Source: Chrysomallon squamiferum (Eukaryota > Animalia > Mollusca). From it: a stretch of 64,000 nt of DNA. Below are positions 1 through 22,263 of the stretch, in pieces. The notes under the pieces are model-generated. The model saw only the letters and a program-made list of their open reading frames with translations. It was not told the DNA's origin and did no database searches. A program made the translations under genes and the position numbers. Numbering within the stretch: the first letter of the stretch is position 1; every line of letters starts with the position of its first letter. Location of the stretch: the NCBI GenBank assembly GCA_012295275.1, contig CM022667.1, positions 20,646,001-20,710,000 on the forward strand, written 5' to 3'.

Positions 1-986
1 GTTATATAAATTATGACATTTAATCAGCCAACGATATGTACATAATTGCACGCAAGTTATAAAATGCCTAACCTGATTTAACTATTTTTATGGAAACCTC
101 TGAAGACCATTTTAAATGAAAGAAAACGTCTGGATATAGTTACAGACAGTTTTCTTAATTTTACAAAATACATTTTAAAATAAATCTTAGTTACTATATC
201 AACACATGCAGAATTTTATACAGAATAATCCTAGGTAGAAAGCTGTAACCATTTTACAGGTATTTATTAAGAACTGGCAGTCAGAATGCTAACGATCTGA
301 AATGTCCATCCACTGTATTCGGACACTTCAGACTTCGGTCTGACTTAAAATCTACATTAGATTTGTTCATCAGTTTGATATTCAAACTCCAAATTTAGCG
401 GTCTGGCTCATGTGCTAACATCCTGAATAAACATTATTATATATTTTATAAATAAAAACATAAATAAATAAATAAATAACCTTCAAATCATAATCGATTA
501 AAACATTTAACTATAAAACTATAATTTCTACACCTGACAAGTAACGGACATTTTTTCGTCGTTTTTGTGATAATTTTATCGCCTATAGTGAATTTTCTTC
601 TTCTTCTTCTTCTTCTTATTATTATTATTAATTTAAATAATGAAATTATTAGTCAGTTTTGTTAAGCAAGACTATGTTTATGAATATAATGATACTTTTC
701 ATACGTTTACCGTAAATTTTAAATAAATAAATAAATAAATAAATAAGTGAAATTGGAAATTTCACATTTCAAGTCAACAGGCTAATGTATCCTAAATAAA
801 CTAAAATTAAGAAGAATATGACAAACTACTTTTAAAACTTCCAGTGCAATCTTTATTATTTGACAATAATGAAAAGCAGCAGCAACAACAACAACAACAA
901 CAACAACAATAAAAATAATAATCTTTAGATAAGTTAACCTGACGACTATTTGATAATAATAAATCAACAACAACAGCAGCAGCAGC

Positions 987-1037
<51 letters not shown>

Positions 1038-1239
1038 AAGAATAATAATGAAGAGAAAGAGTAGAAGATTATGGTGTTTATCAAACTGTGAAAACAGAAG
1101 CTTTCAACGAGGTTTTCAAGTGTCTACTTAGCCAGTGTCTTCATTTCCAAAGCGCGGCACCTGTGTACGAGGCTTGCCACTTGTAGTACTTCCTGTCCAG
1201 GTGTTCGCCTGTCGGTGGCTTGTCAATTTATAGAGTTAG

Positions 1240-1376
1240 GTTTAGAGAATTCGTCTAGAATATTACACACGCAGTTTTAGGATTCAGCGTTAGAGAATTT
1301 GTCTAAATTATTACATTATACAATCATGTGATTCAGTTTCGGATATTACATATCATGTTAGAGAATTTGTTTAGGG
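1240..1376. repeat. Three degenerate copies of ttagagaatt(t/c)gt(c/t)ta upstream of the PDE gene
   Basis: Copies near 1243, 1290 and 1358. Confidence 0.55.
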
Positions 1377-1470
1377 TAGACTCTAACGAATTTAATATTA
1401 ATTATTAGGAATGGACGTCTGTCTTTCAGCAAAATTAAGTAACATGAAATTAAATGCTTCAGAGAAACAT

Positions 1471-1494
1471 TTACGTCACAAATATGTGACGTCA
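1471..1494. promoter_or_regulatory. Paired CRE sites (TTACGTCA 1471-1478, perfect TGACGTCA 1487-1494) 40 nt upstream of the PDE ATG
   Basis: ttacgtcacaaatatgtgacgtca; the two sites form an inverted repeat, acgtcaca-aata-tgtgacgt. Confidence 0.45.
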
Positions 1495-1533
1495 TAAAGG
1501 TAAACAAGGTTTTCGTTTTCTTCCTCTAATATA

Positions 1534-3900
1534 ATGCCATTTAGTCCACAGGATTCAAGCCAAAGATCCACAGAAACATCCAACATGAGGAATAAAAATA
1601 TAAATGGTGACACGAAAACCGAAGAAATGGATCCATCAGTAATAAAAGCGTACGTCCAAAGTCATCCGAAATTACTAGATGAGATCATTCTTAGTCTTAG
1701 AAGTACAAAAGAGTTGCAGCAACTTCTTCAGCAGAAACAGTCCAACATACTGGATTCGACAAACACCCAGTTCGTTCTCGAGTCTCATGAAGACATATGC
1801 AGTAAATACAGCTTTTCCTCCATTAAACAACAAACTGAGACTTTGTTAAAAGAAAGCAGGGAACGGGATTTGAGCAACGTACTTTTCAACGCGACTGAAA
1901 TCTTAGCAAGTGCTTTACAAGTTGAGTGGTATTCCTTGTACCTTCCTTATCACAATGATCAGGATTTGTATGAATACGAGTCAGACGGAAATAAGAAGAG
2001 ATATGGTCCTATCGGCACAGGAATGACTGTATCTGCAGAGGCTGCTTTCGTATGTAAAACACTGCTCGTAGAAAACCTGCCTCAGAACGGCAGATATCCA
2101 AAGGGTGTCGGTCATCCAGAAAGAGACGTGCACAGTGTTCTGTCTGTTCCGCTGGTTTTCCCGTCTGGAGATTTGCTTGGTGTTATAGAGCTGTGTCGAG
2201 GAGGGCTGGAAGAATCGTTTGGCGAACGAGACTTGCAGATCGCCAACTCGTTGCTGGGTTGGATGGTTTCTTCCCTGCACGAGTCAAAGATAAATAGTGT
2301 GTTTATTATTCAATCAAAACTGAATGACTTTCTTATGGATACTACAAAGGAGTTGTTTGATGACATGATCAGCATAGACAGACTGGTGGAACATATCTTG
2401 ATCTTCAGCAAAGACCTGGTTCATGCCGACCGCTGTGCCATGTTCCTGGTTAACGAAGAAAAGAAACAGCTGTATGCTGATTATTTCGACGAAGGCATCA
2501 AAGAGGACGGGAAGTACGTAATTTCTAAAAAGCATCAGATTCGATTTTCTGTCGACGAAGGAATTGCTGGTCACGTTTACAAAACTGGCGAAGTGGTGAA
2601 CATTGCTGATGCATACAGAGACGAACGTTTTAATCCAGAAATAGATAAACAAACTGGCTATCACACAAAAAATATCTTATGTATGCCAATTGTAAGCAAG
2701 TACCGCGTGGTTGGCGTAGTGCAGATGGTTAACAGTCTTGCAAATGATCATTTTACACACGCGGATGAAGATGCATTCAAAACATTTGCAGTTTATTGTG
2801 CCCTGGCATTGCATTACTCTATGCTATATAATCTTCTACAGCAGTCAGAATCACAGTATAAAGTGGCGATGGATGTCTTACAATATCACATCGTCGCACC
2901 AGAGGAGGAATCTCGGCATCTACAGAAAGTAACGCCCCCTGAACTGATTCCAGATGCATTTCATACCTACGACTTCGATCCTTATGTCTGTGAAAGAGAA
3001 TTACCTCAGCTCTTCATATATATGATAAATGATCTTTTTGGGGAAAACACTTTTGATTTTAACAAACTCAGTAAGTTTATTGTAACAGTAAGGAAAAACT
3101 ACCGACCTTTAGCATATCACAACTGGGTGCATGGATTTACAGTAGCTCACGCTTTGTACGTCATAATAAAGACAAATCCAAACGTATTTGATACTCACGA
3201 GGAAATAGCAATAATGATCGCTGGAGTTTGTCATGATCTGGATCATCGCGGGTACAACAACATTTTCTATCAGGAATTCAATCTGCCGCTCGCCGATCTG
3301 TATGGTACGTCAGTCATGGAACACCACCATTACAAACACACCATCACAGTTCTGCAATTAGAAGGTCATGATATTTTTTCATTTTTGTCATCCTACGACT
3401 ACAAAAAAATGCTGGATCTGCTCCGGGACGCGATTATTGCGACGGATCTTTCAGTGAATTACAAAACTCAAAAACATCTAGCAGAAATAATCGAAAACAA
3501 TAAATTTGACCTGCAAGATGCATACTGCAGATCGTTAACTATTTCACTCATCATGTCGGCTGCTGATCTTTGCGCTGTGGCCAAGCCCTGGCACACGCAG
3601 GAAGAGATGGTTTCTCGTATTTACGATGAATTTTACGCTCAAGGTGACGTGGAAAAGAAATGTGGCTTGCAGCCTTCTGAAATGATGGACCGAGATTTTA
3701 AGGATGTTACGGCTAAGCAGCAAGTTGGCTTTATTCAGTTCATATGTCTGCCAAGGTTCACCGTGTTAGCGAACATCCTGCCCGGAACCAAGCCGCTGCT
3801 TACCACTATTAAAGTAAATCTTGAAAAATGGCAGCAACTTGACGAGGAAAGGGAGAGGGAAAGCAAAAATAAATACTTATACAATTTATATAACAAATAA
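1534..3900 (+). CDS. PDE10A: Single-exon cyclic nucleotide phosphodiesterase, PDE10 family (GAF-A, GAF-B, HD-type PDEase domain), 788 aa
   Basis: Uninterrupted 2367-nt ATG..TAA ORF. Catalytic motifs YHNWVHGFTVAH, CHDLDHRGYNN, AIIATDL, ADLCAVAKPW, EFYAQGD, MMDR and QQVGF. The stretch LQLEGHDIFSFLSS..AIIATDL is PDE10-like. GAF-B motifs HADRCAMFLV and DAYRDERFNPEIDKQTGYHTKNILCMPI. Confidence 0.92.
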   Translation: MPFSPQDSSQRSTETSNMRNKNINGDTKTEEMDPSVIKAYVQSHPKLLDEIILSLRSTKELQQLLQQKQSNILDSTNTQFVLESHEDICSKYSFSSIKQQTETLLKESRERDLSNVLFNATEILASALQVEWYSLYLPYHNDQDLYEYESDGNKKRYGPIGTGMTVSAEAAFVCKTLLVENLPQNGRYPKGVGHPERDVHSVLSVPLVFPSGDLLGVIELCRGGLEESFGERDLQIANSLLGWMVSSLHESKINSVFIIQSKLNDFLMDTTKELFDDMISIDRLVEHILIFSKDLVHADRCAMFLVNEEKKQLYADYFDEGIKEDGKYVISKKHQIRFSVDEGIAGHVYKTGEVVNIADAYRDERFNPEIDKQTGYHTKNILCMPIVSKYRVVGVVQMVNSLANDHFTHADEDAFKTFAVYCALALHYSMLYNLLQQSESQYKVAMDVLQYHIVAPEEESRHLQKVTPPELIPDAFHTYDFDPYVCERELPQLFIYMINDLFGENTFDFNKLSKFIVTVRKNYRPLAYHNWVHGFTVAHALYVIIKTNPNVFDTHEEIAIMIAGVCHDLDHRGYNNIFYQEFNLPLADLYGTSVMEHHHYKHTITVLQLEGHDIFSFLSSYDYKKMLDLLRDAIIATDLSVNYKTQKHLAEIIENNKFDLQDAYCRSLTISLIMSAADLCAVAKPWHTQEEMVSRIYDEFYAQGDVEKKCGLQPSEMMDRDFKDVTAKQQVGFIQFICLPRFTVLANILPGTKPLLTTIKVNLEKWQQLDEERERESKNKYLYNLYNK

Positions 3901-4777
3901 TTAGAGTTTTTTTAAATTCGAAGATAAACAGTAAAGCTAAATGTTTTAACAGACTAAACAAAAATGCGAATTTACCTTAAAAAAAGAAAAAATGAAAGAA
4001 AAAAAAAAGAACGATTGATATTTAACAATATTTTCTAATACTTTTAAAAAGAAATTCGTCCAAAAAAAAAAATGTTTTTAAATAATGTTCACGATAATAA
4101 ATGATGCCAGTCACTAGAAATTTCATGTCTATAAACACATCCAGTCATACACACACACACACATTATATACATACACACACATACACACACATACACATA
4201 GATATATATATACACACACAAACACAAATACACACATATACACACAGACAGTAACATACACACATATATATATAAATATAGAGACATAAAATTTACAAAT
4301 GCATATACTCACAAAGACACATATATACACAGTAACATATGTTTATATAAATATAGAAACATAACATTTACAAATGCGTATACACTCACACAGGCACGCG
4401 CACGAAATCTCAAACGCTTATGTCGCACAGGTAAGCTGGAATGTTTTAACACGTTGAGGATGCCTTTTCCAAATTTCCAAACTCCGAAACATTTTCCGAA
4501 CATCAGAAATAGTGATATCTTAAACTTTTCTGACTTTATTTTATGCATCAAATTATTTAAAATATTACAGGTAAAAAAAAAAAGAAAAAAAAAAGGCATA
4601 AAACAAACAAAAAAAGTGTGTCATATTAGTATATGTATATATATGTCAATGCGTATATGTGCTAATCTAATGAAATCCTTAGACTAACATATTTTTAATC
4701 TACGTTTTCAAACTGGGTATACATATGTAGTTATTAATCGCTTTGTCTCCAAATGCAGAAATTAATAAAGAATTATA

Positions 4778-4816
<39 letters not shown>

Positions 4817-6816
4817 AGGAACAAGAAAAAGAAAAAGAAAAAGAAAAGAATAATAAAAACAGTAAGAAAAGAAAAGAAAAAGAAAGAAGCTTTTTATTAT
4901 TTTTCTGAGTCAAAACCTTTTTTTTTTTTTTAAAGTCTTTCAAATCATTATTTTAAAATGCTCCTGAGTCAAACAATCTGAATGAAGGATAATGGTGGTA
5001 AAACTGACACCTGCTTTCTTGCTTATTACGGACAATAAAACGTATTTTGCACGTTTCTCAAAAGAAGGTTATTGTAAATACTAATTTGTGTGATGATACA
5101 GTTAGCAGAATGGCAAGTCATAAAACATCGATTAGATCCGTCTATAATTTGAGACGAAAGTTCACAAACAAAAGTCAACTGTTCTGTACATTAGAGGGCT
5201 GTTTGTATGTTCTTATTGCGTGCCATATCCATTTTCAGGGGAGACAATTTACGACTGGGGATCTATTAATGTCTTCGTATGTTTTACACACCCCGTTAAG
5301 GTGAAAATTACCCTTCTATCGAATTCTGAGGTGTAGACAATAAACATATCATTATATGGCTTGTATGGAACCCCCGGAACTCTCCAACTGGCTGACCCAC
5401 AAGTAGCAAAGCCAAATTGTTGTTTCTTTATTCACTGATATTATCTTAGCGTGTTAAATGTCGATTTTCTCGCTTGATAGCACTTACTGTAATTTGCACT
5501 GCTCGCGAACCGGATACTCTCTTTGACGATAATAAGAATACAAATAAAGTATACGGTATTTCCTTTTTGCTCACCAAGAAGTAGGTTTGTATATTTATTT
5601 TTTTATTTGTTGTTACCTATCAATAAACTGGAAGAGGTATCGTGTCAACAGATGGTGATTTAACGAAATAGGACGAGCAGGCGGGATGGACCAATCCTGA
5701 CACGCAAAACTCGAAATAAGTGCAGAGTAATGTAAACATGTACTGCAATAAAATATACTTGATACTGAAATTAACTGACTTTAATGAAGTCCATTTAATC
5801 TTTATTACAGGTGGCTTGTGTTAGAATGCACTGGATGAACCAGCGTAGGTTTCATCTTGTTAATTATACGACACATTGTGCATTGTAACAGTGACAAATC
5901 TAAAATCACAGGTTACAAAGTCATGAAAAAACTTTAAATCTTACCTTAATATATCATTTACTGAAAAGACTAGAGAAAATAAAGAAGTGAAAAAAAAAAA
6001 AAAAAAAAAAAAAAATGAAAGAGAGAGAGAAAGAAATTTCTTATAAATAATTTTAAAAAGGAGAAAAATTAAAACTAGATATTTTAAATATTTAATGCGA
6101 AAACCTTTAATAAACAGTCAAACTGAAACCATAAATTTTGACGACAAACAACTAACTCTGATTTAATTATTTCACTTGATTAAAATACGAAAACAATCTG
6201 CTCAAATTTGTGTTAGCCAGACTTCGTCGAATTAGCACTGCTAATAGCATTTACATTAGGCGTGTCCATTCTAACTCAAAGCTGAAACTGGTTTCATTGT
6301 GCTTACCAAACAACAGTAGTTACAATAATTCCATTTCTAGACCCTTTACCATGCTTATGTAACAGTAGCAGTAGTAATAGTAGTAGTTGTATTGTGGTGG
6401 TAGTGATGGTAGTTGTAGTGGTGACGATGGTAGTAATAGTAGTAGAAATCGTAGTTGAGGTTATAAAATGTATAGTAGTAGTAGCAATGGTAGCAGACGT
6501 AGTTCTGTGGTGGAAGTGGTAGTAGTTGTAGAAATAGTAATTGCAGTAATTATAACAGATTTGTCACGGGTTTGTCGTGACTAATTATTATTAACTGATC
6601 TCCGCCCATACACACACCGTGTTTTATTTCTTTTCACGTCTGACATAACCACTCTATCTTAATTGTTATGAAAACTGATAGGAAATAGCCTGAACAGGCT
6701 GTAATTTAAAAATAGATGCTGAAAGAAAAAAAAAAAAAAAAACATCCAGTCATACACACACATGTATATACACACAAATAATAATAATAATAATAATTTT
6801 ATATATATATATATAA

Positions 6817-6887
<71 letters not shown>

Positions 6888-8148
6888 TATTTTATATAAA
6901 TATATGTATATATATTTTTCAATGAAGTTAATAATTTATTTTCATTTTAAGGTAAGTCATAGAATGTAGTTTCAAGTTTCACAAAAGAAATAGTGTTTAG
7001 TTCAGTGGTGCAGATCGAACTTCAAGTATTTGAAATGCACTGTGCCGCAGAATCAGTCTGTCTCGTGTAAGGCAAGTTGAGAGACACACAATGGTGCAGC
7101 TCGGTCTACCAGAACATCAGTCTGAGCTGAAGACGTCAGAACATTTGGAACAGTCCCACGCAGAGAAAGTGAGGATTCGTTCATTGAGACCCGCAGCTTT
7201 CTCACACTCTTCACTATACACATCATTTTTATTATTTGTTTTCCTTTTAATTACAGAATGGTCATTTCTTTTTTTTTACCGTTTTTAAACATCATTTTAA
7301 ACCTATGTACAACGAATTAACAAAACGAAAACAAAATAACAACAACAACAACAGAAACAATAAGAAGAAGAAGAAAAAAAGAAGAAGAAGAAGAATATTA
7401 AATAAATAAATAAATAATTAAAATCGGAGTCAATAAAAATAATTTAAAAAATAATAAATAAACAGTTAAATAAATAAATAACAGAAAGAAAGAAAAGGTT
7501 TTCTTTGTCGAGTGAATAATGGGAAGAGGACAAATGTTGTACACATGAACAGTTTCCGCATAAAGGTATCGCCTGAAACCCAGTCTCGAATACCGGCGGC
7601 AGAAATCTAACTACTTAGACGAGAAAGTGATATCAGTGTGTTGTGCCGAATAAAACTTTCGTTGTGTCAAGTGCTTAATTGAATGGGAAAGCTAACAGAT
7701 AAACGTGGCTGTGTCAAACAGTCTGGTAGGAGCTGTTTCGCAGACTCGGCAGGAATTCCTCGCTAACGGCTCCGCTGTACGAGCCGATCTGAGAGCCGCA
7801 GTTGTGAGCGGCGTCAGGCAGGTACTGGCGAGTGAAGTGTGGGTGGCAACGTGTCCTTGGGCTGCTTACCACGACGTCACACTGTTCACGTTCTTCTACC
7901 CCTGCTTACATCATTCCCCAGTCACGTTAGTAATAAATAATAATAAAAATATATATATTTATAAAAATCGAATAAAGAAAAAAAAAAAAAAAATTCGACC
8001 AAAATAAAATAAATAAATAAATAAATAAATAACCAAAAATAAAAATAAAATAAAGTAAAAAGTAAAACTAATACTTTATATATATGAAATAATGGTAATA
8101 CATTTGAATAAAACAATTATTATTATAATTATAATTATAATTATAATA

Positions 8149-8213
<65 letters not shown>

Positions 8214-9116
8214 TACTACTACTGCTGCTACTATAACTTGTTTATCACCATCATAATCGTCATCATCATCGCCGTTAAACGTGCACATTTATTTTTTATC
8301 GATTCGCATTTAGTAAATAATTAAAAGAAAAAGAAATAAAATAAAAAATCTATTTAAAATACAAAATATTATTAAAAAAGGTATTAAAAATTATAAATAA
8401 CAAACACACTTTTCGAAATACTTGACTTTTTTATTTACAATATCAATATTTATAATTTATAACGGTTGAAACGTAAAACATATATATATATATATATAGG
8501 TACATGTTATAGCACTATCTTTTCTTCCCTCTTTTTCTCCTCATTCGTTCATTCTTTCGTTCAGCTTTCATTCTTTCTTCGAGACAAAAACAACAAAACA
8601 ATATAGGACAATTATCACAATCCACTTCTGTACGACAGAACACTACATTCTATCTTTTTTCTTTTTTACATGAAGATTTTCAAATATCTCAAAAACTGTA
8701 CAATAATCAACATAATTACTAACATGTGATTGAATGAACAATTATAAGAACTTACAATTAATTAAAAACAATATAACATAAATATTTTTTTTTTTTTTTC
8801 ATATACTGAGTTATTAGAACATAAATTTGCTGTACATTCCAAATAGATTCGGAAAATCGAGTAAAACGAAATATTTCCTTATTAGTAATTTTCTGTAAGA
8901 TTTCTTAATCTAATTGTCTGAGCAGCGTCAGAAGTGATTTTTCAGTTATATTTCTTTTTCTAGAAACTTTTAAAGATTTCGAAATCTCTTATTTGAAAAC
9001 GTGAAGTGGTCAGTCTGACAACTTACGCGTGTGTTAGTGATAAATAATCATTTTTAGTTAAACCACTCGCTACCAGAAAATCATTTTTTAAGTATTTTCT
9101 ATTTTTTTAGTTTTTT

Positions 9117-19221
<10,105 letters not shown>

Positions 19222-19317
19222 CCGTAATACGTCGTGAGTACTCAAATCCGACAAAGAGAGTGAGCACTAAAACTGAAACCTCAAACACCTTTCTTTCTAT
19301 TTTTTTTCGCAGTATTA

Positions 19318-19463
19318 ATACTGATTCTTTGACAAAACTCTATCGTTATAAAAGGTGATCCATTTTGAAGAGCTATAAGGACCGGAATAGAATAGATTGA
19401 GTCTGTTAAAGCTCTTCCCATTGGCTGGATGTAAGAAGAGGGCGGTTATCGAGTAGGCGTGGC
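19318..19463 (-). promoter_or_regulatory. Core/proximal promoter of Tbx20 copy A: TATAA (19350-19346), TCAGT initiator (A+1 at about 19322), CCAAT (19424-19420), GC box GGGCGG (19440-19445), GGCGTGGC (19456-19463)
   Basis: TATA lies 28 nt upstream of a TCAGT Inr and CCAAT at about -100, in canonical order and spacing about 100 nt upstream of the ATG. Confidence 0.7.
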
Positions 19464-19672
19464 TAAACGTATCAGATATCATCACTGCTAGTGGTGTGGT
19501 CCAGGATTGATAGCCACATCATCGCTGGAAAACTCGCTTTAATTCCTCTACAGCACAAATCTTTTATTTTCTTTTTCTTTTTATCTGTGATCTTGTGAAT
19601 TTTTATTTGTTAAAATTTTATTTTATTTTTGAAACAAAAAACTAGCATGTGTAAAAATTTAATAAATTAGGC

Positions 19673-19744
<72 letters not shown>

Positions 19745-19932
19745 ATTAAAATAATAATAATTAATAATAAAATAATAAATAAATAAACAACAAGGAGAAG
19801 AAAGAAAGAAAAATAAATAAAGGATGAATTTCATACAAGGATCAAAATAATTTTCTTTAATCATGAAAAATAATAATTTTGTTATTAATTTAATATATCT
19901 AACTAACCAAAATAATAATAATAATAATAATA

Positions 19933-20006
<74 letters not shown>

Positions 20007-22205
20007 AAAAATAAAAAAAAAAAAATACTAATACTAATACTGCTACTAATTATAATAATAATAAAACAAAATAATTTTAAACATTAATAATAAAAAAGGT
20101 CGAGCCAAAACCATGTGTATGACAAATTATTAATGTCAGAATTTATTTTAAATATTTTTGATATTTCTGAATTATACATTTTTTTCTTTAGGAAATTTAT
20201 AAATTAGTAAGAAAAAAATATATTTTACTTAATTGTATAAAATATCTTTCCTTTCATTTTTCTCTAAAAGAATAACTTTTTTCATACAGTAGAACACAAC
20301 TTTTTTTAATGATTTGATTCGTTGAAACATATATGAGGTACATTTTGATTTCTGTATAAACATTATATATTATCATGAAAAATAATTATATTTATTAATA
20401 TAACCATAAAGTAATTTTGATAAACGTGTATTTACACATTTTACAATCTAAAACATTTAAAAAGACAAAAATATAAATACTGAAGATGAATTTCTCTTAG
20501 TTATTTAGTTTTAATAATTAATTTCTAAAATTCAATTTTCTACACATAAATCTATCTTTTCATTTATATTCTTTATATTTTTTTGTTCAAAGGTTCTTCT
20601 TCAGTATTTAATTGCTGAATTAGTTCTTAAAATAACATTTTAAAAAGAGTTTTCATTCAAAAAATCACACATAAACTCTTGTTATTTAAGAACTATTTTG
20701 TTTCGATGTAGAACTGGTGTAGACGAAATTGAGAACAAAACATTTGGTCTCGTACTCTCGACAGTTGGGAAATAAACAATTAACTTTAGTTTTTATTTTA
20801 TTATTGCAGTATAAAAAATAATAACTAGCCGTGCTGAACTTCGCGGGATTAAGCTGATTATCTTAAAACTGTAACAAGTCATTCCATATATATATATATA
20901 TATATGAACATATATAAAATTCATTTTGCAATTTAGAAGTTGAAGAAAAAGAAAGAAATCAGTTAAAGGAAATAAAAAATTAATTCCATAAATTACTTCA
21001 TCAAAATCAAATTCGGACAAACAAGCAAAAAAGACAAAAACAACAACAAAAGAATAACAGAAAACCAACAATATCAGTATTATTTTATGTATTTAAATAA
21101 AATAACTGTCAAAACAAAAAACTAAAACAATAACTTTTTTTTTTTTTTTTTTTTTTGCAGTGGACAACAAATATGTCAAGTGTTATCTCAGCCACATTCA
21201 CGTGATAGGTGTAAAATCGGACGTTATTAAGTACTTTATCTGATATGCATTGTCAATCGAACACCTTTCGCATTTCACGAAGTCTCCTGTAGCACGTGAA
21301 ATAATGTTTGGCATTCGATTATAATAATAAACATTGCATTGTGGTTTTGCATGTTGGCGTCAAACGCGATAGCGGGGAAGCCTGGTTTTAGCGAAACGCG
21401 AGCGCTATCTTCGCAAACTGCCACCGAGTCAATAGTCCACTCTGCTTTGCTCTATCATGCTGCTGTCAAAATGGCCGCTGGAGCCGCCACAATCATGCCC
21501 ATGGCGTCCCACATTCGCCGTGTGATCGGCAAACAAGAGATAATAAGCAAGAGTGAATCCCAATAGATGTTATTCAACTGGAAATTATGCACCATGTCTG
21601 TGAATAATCTAGTCTATTACAATTCAATAGTGTCATATTGTTTTGCGTCTCATATTTAGATTATACGTTACCATCGCAATGGCGTCGCTGATATTTTGTA
21701 TTTGACATAATTTGGCGTTTCAAATATAAACCTATCTTTTACTAAGACGCCATTACCATATTAATATTTTGTCGAATTATTCTCTCTCCTCCTCTCCATC
21801 GTTCTCTCTCTTTTTTTTTTTCTTTTTTTTCTGTTCTTTTAATGGAATAGAAAAAGAAATTTCGTAACGTGAACAAACGAAAGAAATAACCATAATTTAC
21901 ATATATATTTTATAAATGATATTATTATTCAGAAAAAAAAATTGTTTAGACTTTAGTTGTTTTTCAGTTTTTGGGGGCTTGTTTGGTTATTATTATTTAT
22001 TATTATTATTCTTTTTTAACTCTTTTTTTTTTATCAACTTTTTCTTCATTCTTTTAACACTTCAAAATTTGTTACATTAAAATTTAGTTTTACTATTTTT
22101 TTTTTATTAATATACAAACAAATAAATAAATAACATTAACAACATCAGCAGAGCAATAATAATAATATTAATAACAACAACCACAACAACAACAACAACA
22201 ACAAA

Positions 22206-22263
<58 letters not shown>

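Noticed and set aside
782-1084. Poly-L/V/I/Y/N and CV/SL ORFs here and throughout (e.g. 8076, 13468, 15717, 16210, 17943, 35704, 39441, 47380, 63649)
   Set aside because: Translations of microsatellites with non-ATG or arbitrary starts and no domain signal.
1981-2932. Short ORFs antisense to or out of frame with the PDE gene
   Set aside because: Shadow ORFs of a real coding region.
3960-4075. A-rich tract after the PDE stop as a retroposition poly(A) scar
   Set aside because: Similar A-runs occur all over the window and no target-site duplication is seen, so it is not diagnostic.
7700-7925. GC-rich 100-aa ORF between the PDE gene and Tbx20A
   Set aside because: GTG start, runs into low-complexity sequence, no homology recognised; more likely non-coding.
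19222-19254. TTG-initiated extension of Tbx20A exon 1 in the ORF track
   Set aside because: Eukaryotic gene; first ATG after the predicted TSS is at 19221.
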